DNA of 64,000 bases, taken from Octopus bimaculoides. Taxonomy: Eukaryota. Below, piece after piece: positions 12,920 through 26,309 of the stretch (position 1 is the first letter of the stretch; each line of letters begins with the position of its first letter). The translations under genes were made by a program, and so were the position numbers. Where the stretch lies: assembly GCF_001194135.2 (NCBI RefSeq), contig NC_068995.1:13565624-13629623 (forward strand), read 5' to 3'. Under the pieces are notes generated by a model, which was not told the DNA's origin, did no database searches, and worked only from the letters and a program-made list of their open reading frames with translations.

Positions 12920-14627
12920 TATTATTATTATTATTATTGTGAATTGGCAGAATTGTTAGAGCAGCGAACAAAATGCCTTACAATACTTTGGTTGTTTTTT
13001 TGTTTTATGTTCTGAGTTCAAACCCTTCAGAGGTCAAGTTTACCTTTCATTCGTTCAGGATTGATGAAATCTAATACCAGTCAAGTATAGGGTTGATGGC
13101 ATTGACCAATCTTCTCCCATCAAAATTACTGGCCTTTTGCCTAATTAAAAACAAAATACTGTCGTTATCATCAAGGTAATGAGCTGGCAGAATCATTAAC
13201 GTACAAGTAAAACATCTTGATGTTCTGAGTTCCAATTCTGCCGAGGTCGGCTTTGCCTTTTAGTCTATTATTCGATAAGGTGTTGAGCTGGCAGAATAGC
13301 TACCGTGCTGGGTGAAATGCTTAACAGCAATTCATCCATCTTTACATTCTGAGTTCAAATTCCACCTGGGTCAACTTTGCCGGTCAATAAAATAAATACC
13401 AGTTAAGTACTGGAGTTGATGGAGTCAACTTACCCCTTCCTCCAAAATTACTGGCCTTGTGCCAAAATTTGAAATCATCATTATTATTATTGCAATATTT
13501 TTCAATATTTACATTATATATATTTGTATAAAGCATTTTTCTTTATGTTTTCTGTTTTTGTCAGAAAATTGAATCTTGTTGCTTTTTTCATATTTTGTAA
13601 CAGCAAAATTAGTTTTTTTCTAAAAGAAAACTAAATTTAATCAGTACTTCAGTATGATTACAGCCCACTGGCGACAACCAGTAAAAGATTATTAGAGCAT
13701 TTATTAATTCATTTTTAATCTCTATTTTTTACCTTTTGTTTTTACTATATTAATGACTTTTAATTTATGATATACTTCCAGTGGCTGGGAGCTTAAGAGC
13801 ATCTAGCTACTGGCAATGTGGTCATTAGCTCAATTTGTGTTAGACACTACTGAACAAGGCAGATAACTCTACATGTCTGAGTCTGTTTGGCCGATAAACA
13901 GCTTCCACTCCTGACTTTTATTTGAGTGGTTTACAATTTAAGGAAACTTATAACTGCAAGAAATACTCTAACAATATGCAAATGTTTAAATTTGCAAATT
14001 TCATGCAAGCACTGGGAAATGATTAATGAGATTGTAAAGATATACTTATGTGCTATACATGTGTCTGTGTTTATGTACACCTGTATGCTTGCATATATGT
14101 GTATATCTATTTGTATGCATAAATATATATAGAATTATATATACATGTTCTTCCATATCCACAAATGTGTGTGTGTGTGTGTGTGTGTCTATAAGATAAT
14201 GTAGTAATACATGTTTCAGATCATTGTACAGCAGATAAAAAGAAAATCATCTCTTATACACGATCTTCTTCAGTTAAGACATTTCAGTGTGTGTGTGTGT
14301 GTGTATACATGGTAGCTATTCTGCCAGCTCAACACCTTATACAATAATCTTTAAAATGATATGGTGATATGATCAGAGGAAAGTTTGACTGTTGTTTCTA
14401 GCAGACTGTGTGACCACATAACAGCTTCCTCATTGGATCATTTTATGTGTCTCTTAAGAGAGTGGATTATGATTTCATGTAAATTGGTGTCATGTGTAAT
14501 TATAACTCAATAATATAAGCATTGAAAAGACTATAAAATAAAGTGTTCTGTTCACTAGCATGTATGAGGGACATAACTGTCTGTGCATACATATATCTGT
14601 TTATGCATGGTGTGCACACACAACACA

Positions 14628-15519
14628 GATCTTTTCCCTTTCAACGGCAGATCGAGAAATTAATTTTTTGTAACTAAACATTTTCAAACTTCGGACACTG
14701 CTAGAATGTGTCATATAAAACATCTTTTACTCTTAGTGTTGTTGAGAAAAGTTTCTATTTTCAAAGTTATTTTGTGTTGTCATATTTCAGTAATTTCAAT
14801 AAAATTACTGCTGTTGTTTGTCAACAACAACTATCGGCAGCGTATATTTCATTTGTCACTGTTATTTATGACATCGTTTGTGCGTTTAGCTTTAGGGTTA
14901 GGGTTTTAGAGTTCGAGTTAGGGTTAGAGTTATGGGAAAAAGTGAAAAAATGAAGAAATTGGAGGGGGAGGGGGGGAATTTCAAGATTCTGATTTTTGGC
15001 AATTTTCTGGAATCTCCGTATCTGGAAAGCTGGGTTTTTGACAAAAAAAAATTTTTTAAAGCAATAATTTGCGAGAAAATGGTGGGAGGGAGGAGGAAGT
15101 CTCTCCAAAAATGATAGCTGATAAGCAGGAAAAAAAAACCTAAAAGCAGTAGAAATGCACGAACAATTTTGGTGGTGCCATGAGGTAAATATGCTTCAGA
15201 TACACTCGTTTATTCATACTAACATAACTGAGATGAAATATGTCATAAATAACAGTGACAAACAAAATATCCACCGCTGGAAGTTGTTGTTGACAAACAG
15301 CAGCAGTAATTTTATTCAGCTGAATACATGTCATTGATTGGTTGAAATTACTGAAATACAACCACTTTAACACAAAATAACTTTGAAAATAGAAACTTTT
15401 CTCAACAACACTTAGAGTAAAAGATGTTTTATATGACATTTCTACCAGTGTCCGAAGTTTGAAAGTGCTTAGTTACAAAAAATTAATTTCTTGATCTGCC
15501 ATTGAAAGGGAAAAGATCC
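14628..15519. mobile_element. Non-autonomous DNA transposon with about 250-bp TIRs (MULE/foldback-like)
   Basis: 14628-14875 and 15240-15519 are reverse complements (GATCTTTTCCCTTTCAA...). Flanks share CACAACACA (14619-14627, 15520-15528), an 8-9 bp TSD. Core has degenerate TTAGGG repeats. Confidence 0.8.
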
Positions 15520-16473
15520 CACAACACATACACACACGTAGAGGCATGTGTGTAGTTGTGTGATTAAGAAATTTGCTTCACAAGCATGAGGTCCCAGGTT
15601 TGATCCCACTGGATGGCATTTTGGACAAGTTTCTTTTCCAGTGGCCTCAATTTGACCCAATCCTTTTGAGGTAAAATTGGATAGATGAAAACTGTGGAAC
15701 CTTATAGCTTTGAAACCATGATGATCAAACAGTATTTCATGACAACTAAAATGGTGAAATAAATCTTAGGGCTTAGAAGGATTTTTTAAATGTGAATTTA
15801 ACCTAGAAGTTATTTAGAAGAGTTTAAATAAGTCTTACACCATACAGGATTTTTTAAAATGTTTAATAAATCTTCTAATTTAGGTTTTTTTAAATGTAAT
15901 GTAATTTTAGGTGCTTAAGGACCTAAAGTGGTTTTAGAAATGAGAAATAGATCTTTGGGTTCCCTTTTTTTTATGTGAAATAAGACTGGGAGCTTAAAGG
16001 GTTTTTAGAACTGTTAAATAAATCTCAAGGTCTAGAGAGGTTTTAGAAAGGGGGATTAAGTATTAAAGCCTGAGGAATTTGTTTTTATTTTAAATGTGAG
16101 ACGAATATAGATATTGGGGCTTAGGGGGTTTTTAGAAATTTAGATTAAATGTTAGTACTTAGAGGGTATTTAGAAGTGATAAATAAGTATTCATGTCTTC
16201 AGGGTTTTTTAGATATTTCTCTGAAGATTCAGTATTATACTTATTTTGATTGAATTATTGATCTGATTAAAGACTGAAATATTAAAAATACTATTCTGTT
16301 GTACATGTGACCAAACTTGTGAATTTATGTGATGCATGTGCATATAGCAATACACATGTTTTTGTCTGTTGCTTTTATGGTTGACATTTTTATTAACTGT
16401 TTATAAATTAATCAAAAAACAAACATTAACAATGTTGAAAAAAATATGAACTTTTATATATATCTATATATGC

Positions 16474-16542
<69 letters not shown>

Positions 16543-18534
16543 TGTGTGTATATGTATACCCACACATATATGTACGCATATATATCAAAGGACATCTGTC
16601 TTCTTTTTTTTAATGTAAAGGGTGAGATGTGACAAAACAAATGAAATATTTTTTTTTTATCATTATTATTTTTAAATGTATTTTCAGTTGAGTTTTTTGT
16701 TTAACCTTTTATATAAGAAACTATGATGAAAAAAAAAAGACAATTCATGATCATACAAGAAATTATGTAAATTTATTAATCTTGATAACAATATTAAAAT
16801 GGTCTATAAAGATATTTAAATTCTATATATTACTGATAGCTTATTGCTTTCTTTTTTGTTTTTCTTATTTATATTTTTGCTGTTGTTATTTTTCCTGTAA
16901 ATATGTTAATGCTTATTTTATGTATATATGTCTTATTCTATGACAAATCAGAGGAGTTGTTAGAGTATCCGACTGACATTTGTTCTGGCACTTGCTACTC
17001 TGAGTTCAATTTCTGCTGAGGTCAGTATTGCCTTTCATCCTTCCAGAATTGATTTAAAAAAAAAAAAAAAGTACCAATCCAGAGCAGTGAATTAGTAGAG
17101 CTGTATGAACATTAATCCTTCAGCATTAGATTACCCTGTCAAATGTAATACTTATTCATTCACGTTGTTTGGAATTAATTATGCATTATCAGGTAGCTTC
17201 ACGATTTCAATGGTGCGATTGTTTATTTTTAGAATGACACTTTTGGATATGTGTGAGAGGCCGGATCTGACCAGTTTGAAAATACAAGAGGTAGAATACT
17301 CGAGCTTGATATGGTCAGTTTGAGTATACAGCAGGTAGAATATTTAGGCCTGATGTGCCAATGCCACATTAAAAGCACTGGGCACACACTGTAAAGTAGT
17401 TGGCATTAGGAAAGGCATCCAGCCCAAATCAGACTGAAACTTGATGCAGCTCTCCGGCTTGCCAGCTCTGGTCAAACTGTCCAACCCATGCCAGCATGGT
17501 AAACAGATGTTAAAGGATGATCATGATGATGATGATGGCCTTTGGTTTGAATACTAAAGGGTTAAATTGGATGCCTTGCAGTATTTGTTCTGGCTCTTTG
17601 TAGTCTGACTTCAGTTCCTGTTGTATCCTGAATTGTGGTTGATTTAATTCATAGCCCAGTTTAACTCCATCTCCTTAGGCACCTTTAGCAGAGTTCACTC
17701 CATTGCAATCATTGAGACCAGGTCTTCAGTTTGAGGATACCTTCCATCCTCTCTCTCCATCTCACTAGTTTTGGAGTCCTCGTGAAGGGTTAAGGTACTG
17801 CCTTCTCTCCTGATTGGAGTGGTTGTGTGGTAAGAAGTTCGTTTCCCAACCACATGCTTCAGGGAGGGTTCAGTCCTACTGAATGGCAACTTGTGCAAGT
17901 GTCTTCCACTATAGCCTCAGGCCAACTAAAGCCTTCTAAGTGAATTTGGTAGATAAAAACTGAAAGAAGTCCATCATGTGTCTGTGTTTGTCTCCCACCA
18001 CTGCTTGACAACTAGTGTTGCTGTGTTTTTACATCTATGTAACTTAGCAATTCAGGAAAAGGGACTGATAAATAAGTATCAGGCTTTGAAAAAATAAGTA
18101 CTGTGGTCAATTCATTCAACTAAAATTCTTCAAATCAGCACCCCAACATGGCCACAGTAACAAGTAAAAAATAAAAAAATAAAAGCTTCTTTAAAAAATA
18201 ATTTCTTTTTATTTAACCACTTGCATGTTAATTTCACGAGCAGGCTGTTCCGTTGATCGGATCAACTGGAACCCTCGACGTTGTAAGCGACGGAGTGCCA
18301 ACAAAAAAAAAAACAATCCATCAGGATGTGTAATTTAGCTTTTCTTAAAAATTATTTCCATTTTTTTTTTTAAGAAAAAGAAAAAATGTACATAATTTAA
18401 TACAATTATATAAAAATTGAAACATTTTTTAAATAATGTTAAAAGTTTGAAAAAAATGTAATTGTATTAACAATAATTCATCTTGGAAATTTAGCCTGCA
18501 TACATACTTGTCTGTAAAATTTATTGTTAGCAGT

Positions 18535-18572
<38 letters not shown>

Positions 18573-18891
18573 TCTACATTCTTTTGAATTTGCTCTTATA
18601 CATATAACACCTTGTATAGATATGTAGTTACATCTACTTATATTCTGAAATTCCAATCCCATTGAGTGTTGACTTTGCTTGTTATCTTTTCAGTGTTTGT
18701 TGAAGTACCTGTAATACCCCCAGGGTGTCTGATGTAACAGCTATATTTTCCTCCTCGCCTAATCTTGAGTTTTTGTGTCTAAGTTGGAAATCATTTAAAA
18801 TATGATTATTTGGAAAAATCAATATGAATATTCAACAGCCTGTATATATGTATGTATAGATATGTGTGAGTGTGTGTACATATCTTTATTG

Positions 18892-18922
<31 letters not shown>

Positions 18923-19149
18923 TGTTGTTGTTGTTTAGCCCCAGGTAAACTGTTACTAAACAGGCCCATAATCAAAGGTATTTTAGCCTTGATCACTCCA
19001 TATTTGTAAGATACCTATGGCTACATTACCCAATATATTCTCTCTTTATTTAGGATGGAATGGTGTGCTTTTTTTCTAGAAGGTTGTGTGACTTAATAAT
19101 GACTCCTTCGTTGGATCATGTGTGTGTATCTTATTAAAAAACAGTTGTA

Positions 19150-19855
19150 CAGTAAATCCTTGAGTATAATCCGCATTTATTTCCCAAAATTTAAAGGTCA
19201 AAATCCCTAGTGCGTACTATATACAAGGTTAAAAATGAAAAATATTTTCTAAGTAATGTCCGAGTCTCTATTTGCTGTCCGGCAATGTTTATTCAGATGC
19301 ATTTTGTGATGTCGGGCTTGTAACTGATAGTGATAGATATGTAAAGTCAATTTACTTAATATTTATTTTTCACTGATGTTATTACTGTTATTTCTTTATT
19401 TTCTGCAAACAAAGTGCACAAATGTATATATGTATGTATGTGTGTGTATATGTTTGTGTGTCTGTGTTTGTCCCCCAACATCGCTTGACAACCGATGTTG
19501 GTGTGTTTACATCCCCATAACTTAGCGGTTCGGCAAAAGAGACCGATAGAATAAGTACTAGGCTTACAAAGAATAAGTCCTGGGGTCAATTTGCTCGACT
19601 AAAGGCGGTGCTCCAGCATGGCCGCAGTCAAATGACTGAAACAAGTAAAAGAGTAAAAAAGCTACACGTTTGCATTATGTTATATATACAATAATAATAA
19701 AGGACATTACTGTGTATATGTTTACAAGCCAAGGACGTTATATAGACCTCCTTGACTCAAGTTAGAAAAGGAGTGTGTATTATAAACAAGGTTTAGGTTT
19801 TTCAGAGGTACAGCCCCTTAAAAATCTCCTGCGTATTATACTCGAGGATTTACGG
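19150..19855. mobile_element. Tc1/mariner-superfamily (pogo/Tigger-like) non-autonomous element, interrupted by a SINE fragment
   Basis: 26-bp TIRs C(A/C)GTAAATCCTYGAGTATAATMCGCA flanked by TA on both sides; SINE 3' half inserted at about 19420-19658. Confidence 0.8.
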
Positions 19856-20924
19856 TATTTCAGTTTATTCATTTTTTTTTTAGGGTGTTTCCTCATATTT
19901 CCATATGAAACCCTTGTTGTTCATATCCTGGTGATGGGGCTGAGATAGACTGAAGACATTAATAATAAATGAATGGGTTTAATTGTTCCAAAGGGACTTA
20001 CATGGAAATATGAAAGACCCCTAATAATAATGATTAAACTGGAACATACTTATGTTTTTAATATAGATATTGAATTTTAGACATTTGAGTTTGTCTGAAC
20101 TCTAATTTATTTCTATTATATGCCTTTTGACATACTGTTATATATATGTATATATAAAAAGAAAATATATATATTATATATATATAAATCAAAAACCAAA
20201 TCACAATCAAAACTGGAAATTGTAGTTGTGGCCGATGCCAGTGCCGCCTGACTGGCTCTCATGCTGGTGGCACACAATAAGCACAATTCATGCTTGGGTC
20301 ATTGCCTGTGTCGCCTGACTGGCTCCCTGTGCTGGTGGCACATAAAAAGCACCATCTAAATGTGGTCGATGCCAGTGCTACCTGACTGGCTTCCGTGCCC
20401 GTGTTACGTAAAAAGTACCCACTACACTCTTGGAGTGGTTGGCGTTAGGAAGGGCGTCCAGCTGTGGAAACATTGCCAGATCAAATTGGAACCTGGTGCA
20501 GCCTCCTGGCTTGCCAGTCCCCAGTCAAACTGTCCAACCCATGCCAGCATGGAAAACAGACATTAAACGATGATGATGAATGTATATGTACACTCGTGTA
20601 TATGTGTGCATCCTATATTATATATAGTGAAAGCTATTTATTGTGATCATTTTGAGATAAAGCCTTTTAGGTAACAATATCTGGCTGATAACAATAAACA
20701 GAGAGAACAACTATATCACGAACATGTTTGGGATCTACTAATCTTGATAATGGTGACTGTATGATTACATTATCCATGATTATAAGCTGCTTCCACTCTG
20801 CTTCTTTCTTTTTCTTTTTCCTTGATGCATAATAACAAAATATTTTCTCAGTACAATTGTCTCTGTCATTTCAACTACAAATTTAAATATTGTAAATTAC
20901 GGCTTAGTATATATGTTTATGACT

Positions 20925-21345
20925 GTTTTTGACTCTCTCTGTATTTATTTGTATTTTTATCTATGTGTATATGTTTGTTTTTGACTCTGTATGTATCTGC
21001 CAGCATATGTTTGTGTTTGGCTGCTTGTGTTTGTCTATGTGTTTGACTATGTCTGTGTGTGTTTATGTTTAGGTATGTTTATGTAAGTGTATGCTATACA
21101 GTGTGTGTGTGCATGTCTGTCTCTCTGTCTGCATGTTTGTGTGAGTAACTATTTGTGATTAGGTGTATGTGTGAGTGCGTATTTATCTATGTGTGTGTTT
21201 TTTGAGTATGTGCATATGTGTTTCCTTCCATGTTTGACTAAGTGTTTGTACAAATGAGTTTTACTCTCTGTGTTATGTTGTGTGTGTATGTGATTTATAA
21301 GAGTGTGTGTATATATGTTTATGTTAGTGTTTGTGTGTGTATTAG
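20925..21345. repeat. Degenerate (TG)n low-complexity tract
   Basis: About 420 bp dominated by T and G dinucleotide repeats. Confidence 0.85.
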
Positions 21346-22442
21346 TAATACCAGATTATCCTTTTAGAATTGTTTTATATGTAATAAAGGGCAATCATTA
21401 ACAGTAATAAATTCAAATAAGCTTCCAGCTGAATATTACAATTGCAAGTAAAGACTTGTCAAATCACTTAACACCTCTAGCTTGCGATATGTTTCATATT
21501 CTGTTGGATATTCTCCCTCTCCCTCCAAGCTTTGTTTTTACACAGAAGGACATATTGAAGTGAAAGAAGAGATGATTAGAGAAGATGAGTTGATTAACAG
21601 ACGTTATTAACTGGACTGTGATAAAAAGTAACCTGAAGACCCAGTTTTCAGCAACACGATAGTGCCAATGATAAATAAAAATAAAGTAGAGATGATGGAA
21701 TAAGGATGGTACAGATTTGATGTAGAATAATTTGTATGCTGAGTATTGGTCTTCATCCTGTGCCACATATACGGAGAACTTCCTGTAAACACTAGCTATT
21801 TGCATGTTGACTGTGCAGCTACAATTAAAATGCCTTATAACATGTGTGCCACAAACAAAGAAACAAAATAAACCCTTTAAATTAAGTCTCTGAATGGAAT
21901 TTTCTTCTGTATATTACAGTACTTTGAAAATTTTTAAATCTTAATAAGAGTATAAATGCATTAATTATTGCCAAATTTTATTAGATGAGAAGCGTAATAA
22001 CATTTTGACCATATATGGAAGCATTTTCATGAACTGTGGCTACAAGTGGTAGATGCATGCTTCAAGCCTCATTAGCAGGACTGTTTTTCTTTTCTGTCTC
22101 AAATATATTGTATGCACACACACACACACACACACACATATGTGTGTGTGTGGAAAAGGTTTTTTTTGACAAACCTGTAATTATTTCGTCTATGACTCTT
22201 CCTTATTTTCTGTTATATTCTATCTTAAACTTAACATTATCCAATACCATCATTTCTTTGTTTGTTTGGGCTTTTCTCTTTTGCTTTTTTTTTAATATTT
22301 AAATAATATGATTCGAAGGAGATTTAGTTACTATTCCAGCAGGTTAAGCAACCACAAAGAGCAGGGAATCAGCAACTTCTTTTAACAATGAATAAGTAAT
22401 GGATCTGGTTTTTTTACTATTTGCCCATGGCCCCCATATATA

Positions 22443-23250
22443 CAGGATAGGCCAAAAGTCACGCACAAAATAAGTTCAATATGCTCCGGAATTGTCAAGG
22501 ACATGCTTCAATTCTTCTAAAATTGAATAAAATAATGATGAATACACACATACTTATAATAATGAAATTATTGTATTCAGTGCTCAGGTGTCCTACAACT
22601 TGTCAAAAGCGCTTATAAAGCATATGCAATAATGTACAAATGTCTGGAAAGTGAACAATCTTTGAGTCAGATAAATGCTTATATGTATATAGAGGGGAAA
22701 AAATCAGGTGTAGTGTTGGCGAACCTCAGGAAGCATGGAAGTTTTGAAGGGTGCAGTGCTTGTACATGATGAACAAAATTAATAGTAGTAATATTAAGGT
22801 AATTGGGTGCAGGTGTAACTGTGTGGTAAGAAGTTTGCTTTCCTGCCACATGGTTCTGGGTTCAGTCCTGCTGCGTGGCACCTTTGGCAAGTGTCTTCTA
22901 TTATAGCCTCAGGCCAATCAAAGCTTTTTGAATGGATTTCGCAAGACAGAAACTGAAAGAAGCTTGTCGTGTGTGTGTGTCTTTGTGTCTTAGTCCCCCA
23001 CCACTGCTTGACAACCGGTGCTGGTGTGTTTATGTCCCCGTAACTTAACGGTTCAGCAAAGAGACTTATAGAATAAGTACCAGGCTTAAAAACAAAAACA
23101 AGAAAAAAATAAGTACTGGTGGTAGATTCATTTGACTAAAAATTCAAGGCGGTGCCCCAGCATGGCCTCAGTCTAATGATTGAAACCTGTAAAAGAGATA
23201 ATGTGAATAAAATGTCAAATGTTTTGGTGCGTGACTTTTGGCCCACCCTA
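22443..23250. mobile_element. Tc1-like non-autonomous element, interrupted by a SINE
   Basis: TIRs CAGGATAGGCCAAAAGTCACGCAC and GTGCGTGACTTTTGGCCCACCCT with TA flanks; tRNA-SINE inserted at about 22807-23195. Confidence 0.75.
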
Positions 23251-25124
23251 TATTATATCATTTTATTTATAAATAAAAATTTCCCCATGTATTCCTTACT
23301 TGAATCACTGACAATACTTCTATAATCAAAAGTTAAATCATGACAAACTATCAAAAAGCCATCAGCTGCACAATCCCGCTTCCTACCATCTTTTGAATAT
23401 GAAAACCTTTTTAGTAAAAATCTGAGGCCCTCACGGTACACCTCAGTACCTTACATCTTGCTGACCTCTGATTCAGAGGTACCCTCTTCGGCTCTGGCTT
23501 CCATTAACACAGGTGTACCCTTATTTGCTATGGTAATTTTATTCTTTGTTACTTTATTGCATGATGTCATCATCCACATTTATTTGTTAGAATTGGGGTG
23601 TTTTTCCCACTAAATCTTAGCAAAACAGGGCAGCTGTGAGTAATTAATCGCATATAAACGGATGCAGTTTTGTTTCGTTTATTTCTAATGATTATATAAC
23701 AAGATATTAATTTTGTCTCTATATTTCTTGACATATCTGTATATAGATACATATTTCTTTCCATTTACTCATATATATGTATATATATACATATATATGT
23801 GTGTGTATATATATACATATGTGTATATATACATATATATGTATATATATATATATNNNNNNNNNNGCTGTAGAAACTCTGCCAGATCAGATTGGAGCCT
23901 GGTGTAGCCACCTGGTTCACCAGTCCTCGGTCAAATCATCCAACCCATGCTAGCATGGAAAGCGGACGCTAAACGACGATGACGATATGTATGTGTGTAT
24001 ATATACATACATACAAATATATATATATATATGTATACATATATATTTATGTATATGAATATACATACTGTAATGCCTCGCTTTACAAGACCACAGGTTT
24101 ACGAATTTTATTTTATAATTAATATAAAAGATTAAACAGCCATTTTGTGAATGTGGCAATGTCACAACATGTAGCAACACTGGTCCTGATGCGTCTACAC
24201 AGCAACGGAGTAAAAGGACGGCATAAAATTTCATTGCTTCTATGGGAAATTATTGCTCTGCTTTATGAGTTTTTGCTTTACGATGGTCTCTGGGAACAAA
24301 TTAACTCATATATCGAGGCATTATTATATACAAATGTGTATATAATGCATATGTGATACACACACACACACACACATATTTAGGTATCTGAATATACATA
24401 CATATTAGTATATACAAACGTTTATAACGTATATATATATATAATATAGACACACACACATGCACATGTATATATACACATACATGAAAATGTATATGTG
24501 TATGTGTGTACATACAGACACACAGATACTTTATACTCATCCGTCCTCGCATTAAAAAGATTAGACTGCAACCGCAGCAATTTGCATGGCTACTTAGAAG
24601 CTCCTTCCTTTGCTTATATACGAATAAATGCACTCAAATCTAAATTTCTTTCCCCCAAATTTTTCATTACTTCCCATTGCATGAGGTTGTGTTTGTTTGT
24701 TTGATTTTTGTTTTTTTACATCCATCATTAGAATTAAAATTAAATTTTTTTTTACTTCTAAAGTGTTAAAACATTTTAATGTGTTTTATTCTCATTTCTA
24801 AAAATCTTTCTTATTTCAAGTATGAAGAGATATAAAGATAGTTTTTTTTTTTTTTTTTTGTCTTACTTAAATATTATTATTATGTAATAACTAGTTACGT
24901 ATTTAATAATATAGTGTTACTTGCACACCAACTTTTGCCTTTTAAAAATTTCATTTTCGATATTTTTATAACATTTTACTTACAATAACAGTTTATATTT
25001 TATTTGTATTGTTTGCTATAAAAAAAACATCAATAAAAGATATTCTAATAAAAAATAAATAAAAAAGAGAGTGTTTTTCTTATTTTTAAAATTTTTTGTG
25101 AGGTGTGAGCTTCAGGTTTTGACA

Positions 25125-25465
25125 TATGAGGTGATATCAAAAAGTACTCAGACTAGTTCTGTAATGTGCTAACAGATGGCAGTGTGCCATGTGACATCCC
25201 TATATTTACTTCACGAGTTGTCAAATTTGTGTTTTTGTGGTCACATTTATGCTGTAGTATGATTTAGTCATGGACAGGAATAAAGAATTTTTTACGTTAA
25301 ACTTGGGAAGTCTGCTACAGAGGCATTGAGCATGCATCACTGGCAAGCTTACAGTGACAAGACAATGGGGCATACACAATGTTTCAAGTGGCACAGGCAT
25401 TTCAAAAGCGGAAGAATGTCCCTGGAAGACCTGCCATGAGTGTCACCCTCAGAAATATGGTATTC
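25125..25465 (+). mobile_element. Decayed mariner element: 5' TIR plus transposase N-terminal HTH fragment
   Basis: TATGAGGTGATATCAAAAAGT TIR-like start; frameshifted FYVKLGKSATEALSM..QAYSDKTMGHTQCFKWHRHFKSGRMSLED matches the mariner KLGK.ATE...W.KRFK.G...ED pattern. Confidence 0.8.
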
Positions 25466-26243
25466 TCAGATTGTCATTTCATTCTCCAACATTCATCACC
25501 TCTAAAAGTGATGGAAATGCGGTACTAATCCAGGCTTAGTAAGCCACTGATATGACACTCAGTCCCCAGAAAATTTGTCACTCACAGAAACTTAGATCAT
25601 AACTTAACTATTGATCTGAAGGATCAAAATGTGAGGTGAGAATATACTTCAACTGTAAGTCACAAGAATGGTTGCGTGATTAAGAGCTTGTTTTCCAACT
25701 TCTTAGTTTTGGGTTCAGTTTCACAATGTGGCACTTTGGGCAAGTGTTTTGTATTCTCCTACTATAGTCCCAGGCCAAACAAAGCCTTGTGAAAAGATTT
25801 GGTAGACAGAAACTGTATGAAGCTTTGTGTGTGTGTGTACCTCCTTGTCTTGTCATTGTGTGATACTTATAAACTGGTGTCACTGTCATACATGCAGTGT
25901 CATTCCTTTCCATTTCCAATTTTCCATGAAAACATGTCCATCCCAAGAGAATTATTATTTTCTTGAAAACAACTCAGGACTGGTGACAGAAAAGGCATCC
26001 AACTGCAGAAAACCTGCCTCAAGGCATTTCCTTCTGACCCATGCAAGCATGGAAAATGGACATTAAAACAATAGGGGATGTCAACTATCACAGCTCTTTG
26101 CATTTAATTTACCCTGCTCTGGAGTTAGCATTTGCGAGGTGGATGAAATAAAACAAAATTCAAAATTCCTTGCAAGTGTGGAGTCAGTGAAAATGGTATT
26201 TTCTCCCTTTTTTTCAATATTAAAAAATCTGAAAATTATGAAT

Positions 26244-26309
26244 TGTAACAGATGGAGATTCTCTTTTGTAACAGATGGAGATTCTCTTTTGTAACAGATG
26301 GAGATTCTC
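26244..26309. repeat. 23-bp tandem repeat x3
   Basis: tgtaacagatggagattctcttt repeated three times. Confidence 0.95.

Noticed and set aside
20230-20420. CRISPR-like array of recurring GCCACRTAAAAGCAC / GCCTGACTGGCT units (also 1-100 and 31363-31590)
   Set aside because: Irregular spacing, no unique spacers, no cas genes, eukaryotic context; these are internal repeats of the RTE-tail family.
21494-21805. 103-aa minus-strand ORF as a membrane-protein gene
   Set aside because: No recognisable motif or partner exons; hydrophobic bias is expected from AT-rich DNA. Kept only as a low-interest finding.
24640-25075. Distal poly(A) region of a very long anoctamin 3' UTR
   Set aside because: U-rich sequence and AATAAA motifs are common in this AT-rich DNA; it cannot be supported without transcript data.
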